Shown here piece by piece: positions 33,101 to 48,100 of a DNA stretch of 64,000 bases. Position 1 is the first letter of the stretch; the number at the start of each line of letters is the position of its first letter. The notes under the pieces are model-generated. The model saw nothing but the letters and a program-made list of their open reading frames with translations, made no database searches and was not told where the DNA came from. The translations under genes were made by a program, and so were the position numbers. This DNA comes from Laetmonice hystrix (taxonomy: Eukaryota), in the NCBI GenBank assembly GCA_965235115.1, contig OZ249436.1, positions 39,372,001 to 39,436,000 of the forward strand, written 5' to 3'.

Positions 33101-36100
33101 CCAGGGAGTTTCTGGACAGTATAAGTTCTATCATATTGGGAAATTTGTTAAATGTTATTGTCGTCACATTCAAGTGATTGCCTTGAAAATCGAGTTTTCT
33201 TGTTTGTTTTGTCAGTTCCCAGGGGATATAGGACATGGTTCTGTTGACACAGGAATACATCAATCCATTGCACAGACAATCGTCGGGACAGATATCATTA
33301 CAGAACCATTCGTCGTCTCCTTGTGGACACTGTCGTTGTCCATCACACAACTGGCTCTGTGGGACACAGTTCTGGTGTCCGTGACATTTCACCATTCCTG
33401 GACACGCGTGTGAATCTACAGAGTAAGACACCAATGCCTGAATAGTCATGCGATTCACACATACGGGTTGTCAATTTTCAAACACCAACCCTCCCCATGA
33501 TGAAGCCGAGACTAGAAACTAACACGTTCCCGTGGAGTCGGGCCTCCCTCTCTCCCTTCGAAAAGGAATCGCGATACGCGACTGACGTACCAGCATTTGC
33601 AGTAAAAATCTTATATTCTAAAATAATCCTTCCCTTAGGTTAAATTATACTTGCACCTTTCCCATAAGAACAGGGATGTTACGGGAAAATAACTAAAGAC
33701 TCTTTTGTGTCGACAACTACTGATACTCACCACACTTTAATTCGTCCTCACCGCTTGGACAGTCCTTGTCACCATCACATACCTTATTGGCAGCGACACA
33801 GAAACTCTGAGGACATTTGTAATATGCTGGAGGACAGTCAAAGCTCTCTGGTTGGAAAACACAAACAAAATGCCCTCTCAAATATAGCATCTTACAGCCA
33901 ATTTTGCAATTTAGTCTTAAAGGTGCTATTCGTGAAAAAAAAATCAATTTTTTTATTTTTAATTTTGTTGACGTTTATGTGATCCCACCTATCATCACTG
34001 GCTACACACTGATCATCGTAACGCGCTTTACGCTGATCCAAGATGGACGATCCCGATGCTCGCTTCGCGTGTTTTTGTTCAAGTTACAAGGAGTACGGTG
34101 CATCAACAACATAAAACAACATCTGAATATCATGATAACAATGTGTGCCTGCCGTTTGTCTCAGTTTGGGGTCCTAGACGGGCGTAGATTAAGAGAAAAT
34201 GGACGCAGAAGATTTGGCGATGATACCCGTAACGCGCAGCGCTGATCCCCGTAACGCAAGTTTAATTTGGTGACAGGATAGGCGTAACGCGGCACCTAAA
34301 CCTTTCACTGAGCCTAAAGGTTTTTACGTAGACGAGTAGACGACTTTCAACATCGGCTCGTGATCTGATAATGAATCTCAACTTTGTAATGAGCATTATC
34401 TAGGCCTACTTCAGTATGAAGGTAAAACCATGAGGTACACGTAGGCCCGGATTAACAGCGTGTGTGATACTATACTATACTATAGGTGTTACCATACAGA
34501 GTGTGTGTGGACCCCAGGGCGGGGTCACGAATCTAAGACATGCCTGGCAGGCACCATGAGAGATCGAGATGCTTTGTCCTTCCCCAGTACCCCGGGGTAG
34601 AGCACCCTGACTCCTCCGACAGGGAGTACGCTAGTGAATTTTGGGTATTAGCCACTGTGGCTAACAACTGAGGAAAAGAACTAGCCATGCACAGGGAAAA
34701 AGTTTTAGCCACAGTTGTTTTAATGTTTTTTATTTAGGTAACCAGAGTTCATTATACATGTATTATACAGTCTTAATTTCTCTGTATAATATAAAGTACA
34801 TGTACTTTCATTTGCCAGCTGTGTGTAGGCCTAGTGAACGTTTTTGGGGGAATAAGCTGTCCTATATCTCGAGGATAACTCTACACAAGTGGCCCTCTTG
34901 AGCAGCAAGAATATTGGGATCCAGTACAGGACACCTACACCTCAGAGGAGGCCTGGCCCAAATTGACGGGTACCTCGGCTATAATACCCTCTCATCACAG
35001 CGATCCCCCCCCCTGACAGCCCCCACCCCTCACACCCCCGACCCCCGTACTGAGCGGCCGAGCTGCCTCCCCACCTTCATGCCATGTGACCTCAGCCATG
35101 CTATGTGTCGCCTGTCCTCTCCTGGTACACTCAGCCTGCCAGGTAATCGGGATAGATTAAACTAGGCCTATATTACTCCTACAGGCTGACTGGCATCTGT
35201 CATAAACTCACCCCAGATGGACTGGACCCAGGGGAGACGGGCCAGTACTGAGGGCCGGCCTGACCTGGGGTAGTCCGTAGTAGACTAGGCCTAGGGGGAA
35301 CAGACGCATACGGGCGGCTGGCCTGGCCTGGCGGAGAGACCAGGTCGGGTGGGTCGGTCACCCTGGTCTCTGACCACCCACATGTCACACCGACACACGT
35401 GCTCCAACCACAGTCAGTGGTGGATCAGGCGTGCATGGGGGGGGGGGGGGTGAGGACCTGGGCTATAAACTGGAGACAGCTGGAATTTGCAGGCGTGGCG
35501 AATTTGGTGGTTTATTTTGGCAGTGGAACTCGCCACAGGCTGGAAGTATTCGCGTTTGCGAGCGTGGCTACCGCTAACGTACTCCGTTCTACATGAAGTT
35601 AAACTGTAAAAACTCTGCACAACCTGCACAAGATTTCAAATAACACAAACAATTAAATTCCCTTCAAACGAAAACTGGTGAGAATGGTTTTTCTACTTGA
35701 AAGACGAAGAATAAAGGCAGTACAGCTTACGAGTGAATGGCAGACTAACCAGCAATGAGTCGCGTTACGGGTATCAATAATTCGCGTTACGGGTATCATT
35801 TGTCAACATGCTTGTCCGCGTTACGGGTATCACAGCGAAAATTTTCGGAGCGATTTTTGAGATTTCTAGGCAATCTCAGGCGCCGAGGTTCACCAAACAT
35901 GATGCCGCCATTACAATAAACAACTCTGACGTCTTACAGATGAATCAGAGACACGGAACTGCTTGAAATACGCCTAGTTTTAGTTGAAGCGAGACCTGCC
36001 TTCCTCCATCTTGGATCAGCGTAACGCGCGTTACGATGATCAGTGTGTAGCCAGTGTATCATGGAAATAGATTCAAACCAAAGGAAATCAAAATTTTTCA

Positions 36101-39100
36101 TGGATAACGGCACAAATGGGGCTCTCTCAGAAGGCCTGTGGAGACCCTGACACGCCCCACCATAGGAAATGGCTCTATCTCGGTGCGCACCGAGATAGGT
36201 TTCAAATGCTGCACACAAACTAATAGAAGGTTTATCAGGCCAATGGTATCGGTAGGAATTTTTTCTAGTACTATGTGCACAATGTATGATAGGAGAAATG
36301 TCATTCTGTGCGAGACGAATAGCACCTTTAAACGTATGTCGAATGTCGACATATCCACGTACAAGAAGCATTGCATGAGATATATATTACGGGAGACAAA
36401 ACGAAATATTAGGCAATATAAACAAAGCAATTGAATGAAACTGCACTGAATGTGTTTGTAAACATTTACCAATTAGGCCCAATGGAAGGGGTTAAGCATC
36501 TATTTCCCCAAGTTTGTGGCCACCATCAGCAAATGTAATTATCTCAACGTATTCATTCACATAACTATGAGTGAAATGTTAGAATTTTTTATTTGATTGA
36601 TGGGATCATATTTTCCCTATATCTTTTTAAAGAAGATGAAAGTTACACAGACCACAGTCATCGAGGTGTGTCCTGTCTCGGCATCCAAGGGGAACCCCGA
36701 AGTGATCAGTTTGAAACAGGCATCGGTCGCTAAGCGAGTACGACTGGCCACTTTTACACCGCAGTTTGGCATCATCATGGCTAAAAGCTATAAAAAAAAC
36801 TCTCCTTAATTGTCACTCCATTCAAGGTCTCGAATCAATGTTTTCATCTAATATAAATATTTCTATTATGTAAAAAAAAATATAAATTAACAGCCCTTAG
36901 AGAATTTGAGGTTAAATTGTTTCTTGCTGAAAATGTGAGGGCCTGGTAAGGAAACCAGCACGGCTGTAGGCACACTTTGACAAGTCTGTACTCCGATGGG
37001 TACTAGTATATGGAATTGGGAATTAGGGCCTGAGGAGGTCTGTCTCTCTGTCTGCCGGTCTGTCTGTCCGTCTCCCTGTCTATCGTTCTGCAATATGACA
37101 AACTAATTACACACATTACTAGTATCCTTTCCATTCTTATTCGGCATCAATTAGTTACCCTGATAACACCGCAGTGGACCGAGAGTGTACGAGGCCTTTT
37201 CGTGTAAACTCCCGGTGTCCTCGAGAGTCAACTGACGTATTGGAAGCAGCTTGGTTTCATCAAAGTAGCCACGATCAACATACAGAATATTAGGATCCGG
37301 CCCCGAACAATAACATCTGGAAAACGAATTTATCTTACAAATTACAGATATTTATCGTTGGTCACTCCATCCAATTTATTACATTTGGCTTTTGCCTTTC
37401 TATTTCTGTCAGTCATAAACACATATTATCCATCATAATCATTATTGGCAAAAAGGATTAGTTCAGCAGTAGAAAAATTTAACTATGCACACCGTGATCT
37501 GCCTTCTGAGCAGGACTTGTTTAGCCAACACTGACATGGTCCAGGCCGATCATGGTACCAGTGCCTTTTATCATCTGCAGACACCCACCAACTCAAGACA
37601 AATGTCCCGGCGTTGTAACAAAGCATTTCCATGAACTGTTCACAACGCACCGAGAGAGACCTGAGAAAAATACATCATTTCGATGTCATATATCTTGCAT
37701 ACAATGTTTAAATTTAATTAAAGTATCTTGTATACAATGTTTTAATTTAATTAAGTTCAGTATTTTCCTGTTACTATAGTTCATGTCATAAATATGACAA
37801 ACGCTTAGATTCATGAGCATTCCACTTTCATATATGAATGCAGCGCTATAGTGACCAAACTGGCGGACCTGACAGTCATGATGAGATTCCAAGAGGCAAA
37901 ATAGGAGATGTTACGCCTGTAGGAAGCGGGAGCCTCAAAGCCGTGAAAGCTGGTATTGAGGGTCTCTGTGTTATGGTGTATTACAGTAACCACGTGGTCA
38001 GGAACACTCGTCATGTCACAGCTAACCGAACTTTGTTCTGAGATAGCAACGAAGAGAAATAATTTATCTAAATATGACTTCTATAACAGACAGGAAAGGA
38101 CAGAAGCGGCGATTGACTCTAGTCTTCATCTGATCATGTAACATATAGGCCTGGGGCGGTTATTCCTATGTTATGCAGCATGACATGAGAACATACCCTC
38201 TCCAGGCATCTGCAGCATGTAGCGTCCGTTTTCAACAAATCCTCGTATGCGCCAGTCGAGGCATGTTTTCGGGGTGGAACGACTGCACGCCGAGCCCGAC
38301 TCGTCCTCGCGCTCTCGGCCGGGACAGTCAGCTTGGCTGTCACAGACCCGCGCTTCGGCGATACACGTTCCGTCATAACACTGCATCGTCTTGTTCGCAG
38401 CACACACACCTGTCACCAAATTCACAAACACCACTTGGTGCGAAATCAAAATAACATGAATTGTGGGGGGGGGGGGCAGGTGACGACTTTACTAATAGTA
38501 TAACAGACCTATGTTTGAATGTTGTATACAGTGTCACTACAATGTGGCGTTCTGCCATATTCTTAGCTTTCCCCAACATTTGGCCATGGTCACTTACATG
38601 GTAAGGTCACAGTTACGGTGCTGCGAACGGCCCAGAGGACGAAAGTTTATGGAATGTCAGTACATGTAGTATATGTAATGGCAGAGCAGAGTTTTAGGGT
38701 GACTTACTGCAGTCCTTTTCATCGGAACCGTCTGGACAGTCATTTAGAAGGTCACATCTTTGTGACATCGGAATGCAAACTTTACTCGTACACTCGAACT
38801 CTGTCTCCGAACACGTGGGGTAATCTGAGAAAAGCAAATAGAAACAAAAACTCTACGGATTTTAAAAATCGACATCAACCTCTAAACAGAAACAGGAGGC
38901 TGTTGAAACATGGCCTAGCATACACTCATGGTAAAACTCTTCTCTACTGTAGCAGATGACTTACCGCATGTCATTTCGTCCGACCGATCTTCACAATCGT
39001 ACCGACCATCGCAAACAAAGGAGAACGACACGCACTGACCATTCTCACACTGATAGGAAAACTCAGGACACTCCGCACCTGATGAATAATTCAACCTAGG

Positions 39101-42100
39101 TACATTATCCCTCAAAGGGAATCGTTACCCATCAAAATGGTTCTAATTTTGGGCACCTTTGACTGCGTGACGGGTTTATCATCATATCTATGTGAATATA
39201 AACAATTAGAAGATGCACGCTAATAGTTTTTATGGATTTGAAAAAGTGTTTGACAATCTCAAACATGAAAACTTCCAGAAGTGAGAGGTAAGGTGATAGT
39301 GTTAAAACAGATTGAAGGTTATTTATAAAGAATTTAGCAGGTGACGACAATCAACTGAAGGACCTGTGCTTAATCGGCAATGTCGTGTTGACTGCCTCAG
39401 GGGTCGAGTTAGGACCCTTGTTTTTTTTGTCCTACATAAAAAGACTATTTACTTCAATTATAAGGTCTGAACGTGAACCTTGATCTTGAGATTTAGCTGC
39501 TAAATTATTGACGAGAACCCCATATTTGGAGAGTGTGCTGTTCATTGCACATACCACAGTCCAACTCGTCGCTCCCTGACGAACAATCTTTGACTCCATC
39601 ACAAACAAAGACGTTCTGTACACAGACTCCGTCGTTACAGGCCGAGAGTCTACACAAGCAGTCCACGGACTTGAGAGGGCCCACCATATCCAGCGATGAC
39701 GACGCGTTCACTGTAAAAAAAAGGTGGCCAACGCTCATTGCGGCAATAGCATCCATATAAGAACATTTTCTTCATCATATTCGTCCCTTTTTAATGTTCC
39801 TATGGCAGTACCAAATATTGTATTTCAAATCATAAACTTCTTTATAGTTATTTATCCTTTAACTGCCTCGTACACATTTTGCAATATGTTCACTCACCGG
39901 TTCCATATCAAGGTAATTGAAGACATAGAGGCCTACTAAATCATCCACACAATGTATCTGTATATGTTTGTGCAACATTTTTTTCAAGAAATCTTAAAAT
40001 TAATGGGCTTTGGTCCGATTATTATAGTGAACTAAAATGTCTAGCCATATTACTTAATGAAACGAAACAGTACACAGAAAACATTAAGCGTTTTAAGCGT
40101 TACCGTGTGTGTGAGTATAGGAGCAGGCGTAATGTGTGACGGAGGCGGCGGCACAGGGCACGTCCTGCCAGCTGGGCCGGGGACGTACGCCCGCCAGGAC
40201 CACCAGACTGCAGTCCTCGATAACACCGCCGTTCGGCTCCTCGTGTCGCCTTCACACCACACACAGACAGAACACACACTTACCGATAGATGTCCCACTC
40301 ACATAAATACCAACGAGGTGGGCTAGAGGTGGGTTTTCAGTTTTGAAATTCATGTTACGATTCGGTCAAAACCCATTGAGAACCCTCGAGGATCGCAGGT
40401 ATGCCGGAACCGACCCCAACATAACATCGCCTTAACCATTGGCGTAGCGAGGAGGGGGGAACACGGGGTTGTAGCCAGAGGGTGAGGCAAGGGGTTACAG
40501 AAATAGTGATAAGTTTCCCAATCCATACCAATTAACTTGCTCACCAATTAGTGTACGTCACAGCACTTTCGTCACTCCAAATGAAGACCCCCTCAGTTTC
40601 TCGGTCTGTAAGACCTGCAGCAAAAATAAACAAGAACAGCCCTTATGTCATTGGAAAAAGTAAACGCTAAATGCTACCCTTAGAAAAAAATTCAATATTG
40701 TGCATTTTCCTGAATCGACCCCTATTAGATCCCTTAACTTAGTTTTCTTAAAGATAGAAGTCTCTCTGGTGAGGACTACGGGATAACAGTTTTTCTTGAA
40801 ATATAGTACAGGGTATACTAAACTGTAGTATTTTTTTAACGAACACTAGTTTTGTTTGAAACAGGTGCTCTTGACTTCTAATGCCAGCGTTACCTATGTA
40901 GAGACTGGCCGCATCATACTGAGTGACTAAGATATGATTGATGAAGTGCATCTCCTCTTCACTGTGGATGCTGAGAAGATTTGCATCATCTCTGACGCAG
41001 TGGTCGTGTGCTGACAACCACGATAAGGGCTCCTCCGACGTAAAGATACGCAGGCAACTATCATTGTATCGCATCCAGCCATTCATGCAGTCTACGTAAA
41101 AGATAATAATGTATTTGGAAAACAGTTGATGTTAATTAGATAAGTATTAAGAAACACACCATCGATTTAGCAGTTATAAAATATCGTTATTCATAAGTGG
41201 AATTAGTAGTTTTAAGAGATGTTCCTACATGATGAAATCACCTATGTATACCTTCATTCCCGGTACTGAGGCCCAGACTGTCATCGAAGACAAAACTAAC
41301 AGTTGTATATCGAGCTTGGAATCCTCCACGACTAAACTCGTTGTCCGTGAAGAACTCGACCCTCATTTGGTTCCAGCCACTTTCAATCTCAGCTGGAGGC
41401 ACGTACGAGTTACAATAGCGGCCCAACACCTGTCCCAGGACCCCAGCACGATTTACCTCATACACCTGCACGGCATCACGGTTACACGAGTCCGACTTGT
41501 CCTCAAACACATCAAACTCAACGAACGTAAGACGAACATAGGCGTCCGATGATACGACTATCTCCCACAAACATTTCAGATTGGATTTATAAAACTCTGG
41601 AAAACTTGGTGACATGATCAACCCGCAAGGTTTGTCACACTGAACTGTGCCAGCCCAGTCGGTGCGTACATGACACCCATAGCAATCTGAAAGCAAAATA
41701 GTATGGTAAAAAAAAATATGTGATTAGATCAATAAAGCGTTTATTGCTGCCTTATTTTCATACATTGATCGATTGATAAAAATATAAAGTGGATCTTTAC
41801 CTATGAAATCGATATTTGCTTCCAGTTTAAGGTCAGAAATTTGAACAGTCTTGATTTCCGAAACGTCAAACATTTCCTGTGAATATCGGTAGCAAGTCGA
41901 CAATCTGACGACCATGCTTTCCTCTGGTGATACGAATGTCTGTTTTCCAGTAACCTGCATCATGTCAATCTCCTTCTCGGGAGAGATGTTATACCCGACA
42001 GTCAGAGTATCTCGACAAGACCCGACATTTACCAAGTACGAGTCGTCCTGTAACAAAACACCAAGGCTTTGCAGGCACCGGCAAGTAAACGTAAAAGTCT

Positions 42101-45100
42101 GAATTGTTCCCAAAGTACAAGTCAAGGAAAATCTAAAGTAGGCTTATATAGGGACAAGAGGATGATTGGTATAGGCTATACGTTCATAAATCAGTTGATT
42201 ACCATAAATGAATCCTCGGCCGGTGCAAGCCTAAACGCCTTGACGACCAGTCTAACATATTTTCCCGGTGGGGCATTGATTCGCCAGGTGCAAGTTCTTC
42301 CAGCATCAACCATACGGTGGTAATCTTCTGACTGTAACAGGGACCCTTCCTTATTTATTCCATACTCGCAAAGACCGGCTGAAGGAAGAGGAAAACATTC
42401 CAGATTAGGACCTACGTAACAATGCATGTATGAATTGCCTCACAGTAAAAATAATCTTCCATGGCTCTTGTTGGGTCTGACTGCATGCATCTTTCGTAAT
42501 GGCAGAACTCACTGAAATGTTTGTATGGAGTGCAGCCGAACGTCACATTGACAGGAGACGTCATTTCATCCCACGTCGACGTCGGAACCAGCCGAGGGGT
42601 GAAGGTGCAGGTCTGTGATCCCTGTGGACACCACAGTGGCAGCAGGTTGTACACGAACCGTGTGACCGACACCTCCCCGCCATCCCTTGGTGTGACCACT
42701 GATGGCGGTGGAGAGGCTGTGGTGGTCACACCGACAGAAGTCTGTATTTCCAACGGTTCCACTGCGTGCTCGGCTGGGCAGGATATTTCGATCCTTTCTC
42801 CACCAACTTCACGGGTCGTCACTTTGGGCGATAATTGTCATATTAGGCTGATGTTTCTGTCATTAATCTCCACGTTAAGGTAGGTAGGTACGTAGGTGGT
42901 AGGTAGGAAGGTAGGTAGGTAGGTAAGTTAATTCAATGAGAATAAAAGGTACAATTTGTTGGTACTGGGTATATTCTACATGGAACCAATCGTAGAAAGG
43001 GCAATGTGCAAGTAGGCCTATTTAATATATCATAAAGTTATTTTGCCTCGTAGCTAGGTCTTTGGGTTGTCATTATTTCATCTGGATTCATCACGGCTTA
43101 TAAATTTCAGATCTTAATAGAACGGCATAGACCGTTGTGCCACCAGGCTTTGGTGGGACTGAGGCTTTAAATATGTTTTCGTTCTGGTTCATTTACGTAA
43201 ATGCCTTGCCTGATTTGGGAACACTTCCAAACAGTTCCACCTCGCAGAGTTTGGCGTTGTGTTCTGTGTCGTAGCGGAGCATCACCAGATTTCCAACTAC
43301 TCCCTCGGCACAACGGAGGCCAAGGATACGGGCGTTGGGTCGAGGAACGCTGCCACGGGCACAGAGGGTCCACTGACTGAGGTCATCCGGGGAGGTGGTC
43401 TGACCTGAGGTCACCCACACACTCACCACCAACTGGGACATGTCTGGAGCACAAAGTCTGCGATATACTTACGACTACCTCCGTGGGTAGAATTCAATAC
43501 GTATTCACAATTATATGCCATGAGTTGTTTTGAGTTCCCCTCACCTAATTTTGTTACTCATTTTACCTTGTCCTTCCTGCAGCCACACTCTAATATCTGT
43601 GACGGTGAATAACTGTGTCAACGAAACACGGACCGACGCCTTGTCCTGAACACTAGGGGCCCAGCACGTGCCTCGCCAGCCGTCCGTCAGGCGAGGACTC
43701 GAGGGCATTGTCACCTGGTTCTGGGCAATATTCACTGAAAGCAGAGAGTAAAACAAAGTAGGCCCCCAACTTCTATGAGCCAATGGTGCCACCATCTTAC
43801 ACTTACTATGACTCGTTGATTCCTACCCTTTCCCGTTTTACACCCGAAGACCTTCAGTCTCAGACAGGGACGACCAGACCAAGCTTGAACCGTTATACGA
43901 AGGTAACGGGCGATGATTCCGTATGTGAGTTCATGACGGACGGGCACTGATGGATCAGATCCAGCTTCAAAAATCTGAAAGAACAACGGGCCAAAAGTAC
44001 AAAATAATAGCTTACTTCGTAACCTTTCCTTATACATATGAAAGTGTTTTTTTTTTAATTATGTATTTCTACAAACCTTCGTCGCTCCATTTTCCCCGTA
44101 TTCTATGAAGTGATCGTTGCGCAGTCCATGCTGGAGTACGAACCTGGTAACCATACTAAGTACACGATTTATATATGTACCTTGGGTCCAAACAGCCTGC
44201 ACAGACCGGGTCACAAGGAAATCCACCTGGATAACAAAAGAGACGTCTACACTGAGCTGATTTTGGCCTGCTTTGTTATTTTCTGGAATTATACGTGGCA
44301 TTAGACTTATCTCCTATCGTATAAAATATTATTCTCGTCCTATCAATATTATTGCAATGGATCCATGATCTATAATACTAGCAGGTAATGAACAGTGATT
44401 TGATTTGGTAACCTGTATGTATGGCGCCTGATCGTCTAATGCCGCACACCAGGAACCCGAGGTAGAGAAGATCAGACCGAGGCTGGCCTCGCTTCCCTCG
44501 GCCTCGGAGGATGCAGACATCTGAGAGTGAGGTTCGACATCTTCGGATTCAAATGGTTGTTCACACTCGGCGGCTAACAAGTACATCAACACACAAAGTC
44601 TAACCCATTCCAACGTGACGTCGTGGCTATTGCATGACAATGCGATTTCAATATGGTGTTATGTCGTGATAATAGGACCAACCAATGTCGAAAGATTTGG
44701 GGACTATAACGGTAAGAGCATAGACGTAGATAGAGACAGTGTAGGTCTATGGCTAAGAGTGCATAAACTGTAACTTTTCTGAGGGCATAGTGTAGCGACG
44801 CAAGCGTCACCATGCTAAGAATTGTTTGCGCTCATGAAATACCAACTATTTAAGACTATACCGGTATTTTCTATAAGATTTTTTCAATTCCGATTCTTGA
44901 AAACTCTCTTTTCGTTCATTCTTACCTTTGACGTAGACTGTAATCTCGCAGAGACCGAGACATCGATGCCGATCTAAATAGTCTATGGCATGGTGACGTG
45001 TACCTTGACGTATGGTGATAAACCGCCCCATGATGTTCTGCTGGCACCGTGTCATCAACTTGTTTGCGTACCCGCTATAGTGATGGGTGCATGCCTTGGC

Positions 45101-48100
45101 TCCGTCATTGTAGAAGTCATCGGTCGTCATGCCAATATACATCGTCATGTTTTGGAATGAGCATCTTCCGCCTGAATATATAGGATACAAACAACATACA
45201 ATGAAGTGCCGTACTTGCCGGTTAGGACAACTTAATAACCAGCCCTTTTATTAACAATCTTATAAATAACATGTAATAATAATAATGAAAAGAAAAAAAA
45301 CCGCCAAATGACCACCTGTTGACCACGTCTGTGGTGGTCGGTGGCTCAGGTGTGACAACCTCGGTGCAGCCGGCTGACCAGAATACCCGCGTAATAGTTG
45401 GTCAGATCACGTGACCTTGTTCTAATTGGTTAGGGTATTTCACAATAAGCTAGAACCCCTGTGTGATCTATATATTAATATAATAATGAATAATTATATT
45501 AAACATATAGGATACAAACAACATACAATGAAGTGCCGTACTTGCCGGTTAGGACAACTTAATAACCAGCCAAGAAACCCGGCCAAGAAGGCACTTTTTT
45601 TTTTTTTTTTTTTTTTTTCAATACGTATCAAGTACATTGGTAACATAGAAGTCTTTGTTAACGCTATCATTAAGAGATTCGGTTAAGTATAACAGAACTA
45701 CTAGACTCTTCCAGTCGCCTCGATTTTTTATGTCAATTAATGACAATCCCAGAGAATATAAGAATGTCGCACCTCCTCTACGCAGAGAGTGTGAGGTGTA
45801 ATGGGGAAAACCCAACCCCTCACAAATGTTTCTAAGCTTGGAACTGAAAGCTGAATATGTAAGTCTAAATAGGCGACCACCTTTGAGATAAGAAAACGCC
45901 ATTTGTGACTTAGTGATGGCTGAGCGTTTGAATAACTCTTCCATGTGTGACGCTACACAAAATATTGACCCTTTGGATGAACAAACCGGGATACGCAGTG
46001 TCCTCTCACCATACTGAATGGTCTTTGTCTTTCCTAAATATACTAAGACACCCCAAGGGAAAAACTGGAATGAACATTTGGTAAGGTGCATATCCGAAAC
46101 CGTAACATGTGCTTTACGTAACAAACATCTGAAGCAAACGATAACTGCACACCAGAAACAGTAATCAAAATCGTCGTCCATGTTCAAAGTGTTATAAATA
46201 CATCGCAACTGAGAAGGATCAAGCGGTGGCGATTGCTTTGACGCTGCACCCAACAACCTTTTAGTACCTAGTAAAGTTTGACGTATAGCAAAACTGGACG
46301 GTTCTACATGGCTGTAACCATTCACTTTATGTAAGTACCACAAGGCGCTCAGATAATTGGTAATAGAAACGTAACTCAAACGTGTAGACAAGTAAGCTAT
46401 ATATAGGCAAACTTGGTGCTCCGAAGCCGGTAAGGGTGAAAGCTGGTAATGGGAACAAAACCGAAAGTACATCCTCCATTGGGACCTCCTCGTGCGTATG
46501 GTATTGTCAGCTAATGAGCTGGATTGCAGAGTTCGGACCCTCTGCTCTAATGCTGGCAACTCTCCGACTACAAGAGAAACACAATGTTTCATAAAGAACA
46601 TTGCTGACCAGCACATGAATGGGTAAACTAGTTAACCTGGACAAGTAGTCAGCACGGGTATTGTCTAGGCCCTTTACGAAGTCAACTGAAATGACAAAGT
46701 TATGAATGAAGGAAAGCCAAAAAACCTCCCTAAGCATATCCATGGTTGTTACACTTCTGCTTCTGCCTGAACGTAGAATGGCACACACCGTAGTATTGTC
46801 CGTTACAAATTTTACATGCTTTCCGTTCCATGTCATACCCCAGCGCTTACATGCTACAAGGACAGGCCATAGTTCCTTGGCATTAATGGAAGAGGTAACA
46901 TCATCAAATTCTGGTCCAGGCTCTTGATGACATGGTGATGAAGCACCTGGAGGGGTCCAAACCCCCCAAAAATAATCACTGCTGTAGTACAAATAACCAC
47001 CAAATCCATTTCCAGAAGCATCTGTATAGACAAGAACATCAGTATTTGAGATACGAATGGCCTTACCTACACCATTAAATAGTTCAGCAAAGGATAGCCA
47101 CCAATTAAGGTCGGCATGGAATTCTGCTGAGAGTTTTGTTGTATGATAACGTTCAGTGATGCTGTTACAGAGGTTGATAACTCTCCTACTGAAAGTTCTA
47201 CCACCATGAATAATTGTGGCACAATGTGCAAGAATTCCAGCCAACTTTTGAAGTTCCAACTTTGTAGCCCGCCGTTTTGAAAGGAAGGCACACAAGATAC
47301 CTTTCAGTTTGATCAGTTTATCTTCTGGAAGGGTTAGGGTCATTGTCTCACTGTCAACATAGATACCAAGGTAACGAACACAGTAGGCTGGTTGTATTAC
47401 TTTCTTGTCATTTATGGTGAAACCTAACCCTCTGAGTAATCGAATCAGAGTTTCCTGACCTGTCAAGCAAGATTCGAAGGTACATTCACAGATTATAAAA
47501 TCGTCGAGGTAGTTTCCTACTTGTGTACACCCATAACGGGCCATGCATCTGACTATAAAGTCACCTATCTGGGTAAATATGAATGGAGCGCAGCGTAACC
47601 CAAAACATAAGCAGTTATCCACGTAAAACTCCTGACCGTTACCCAAATCCCAGGAGAATCCTTGATATTTCGTGTGGGCTGGGAAAACGTTTACAGAACG
47701 GTATGCGTGAGATATATCTACCACAGTAAATACACAGAACGGAGTCATAAACTCCACCACATCATCAAGATTACGATATGAGAAAGTCGAACAGACATCG
47801 GACATTTTTGTGTTAATGCTCAAACCCAAGGGGCGACGACAATCTGTGATAGGCCGAATAGAACCGTCGTCCTTATGAACAGCTCCCAAGGAGTGTATAC
47901 AGTGCGGGGGCTCATCTACTTTCGTAACCTTTTGTTCAGCTAACTCTGAGCGTAGTAGCCGAGACATTGAGGTTGCACTAACGTCCTCAAGTATGCTTAG
48001 GTAATTGTCACAGGTGTAAGAGGCAATAGGCACATCATTAACTATGGGAAAGCCGAAACATACACCAAGTAACACATATACATCAGCGGTTGACATCTTA

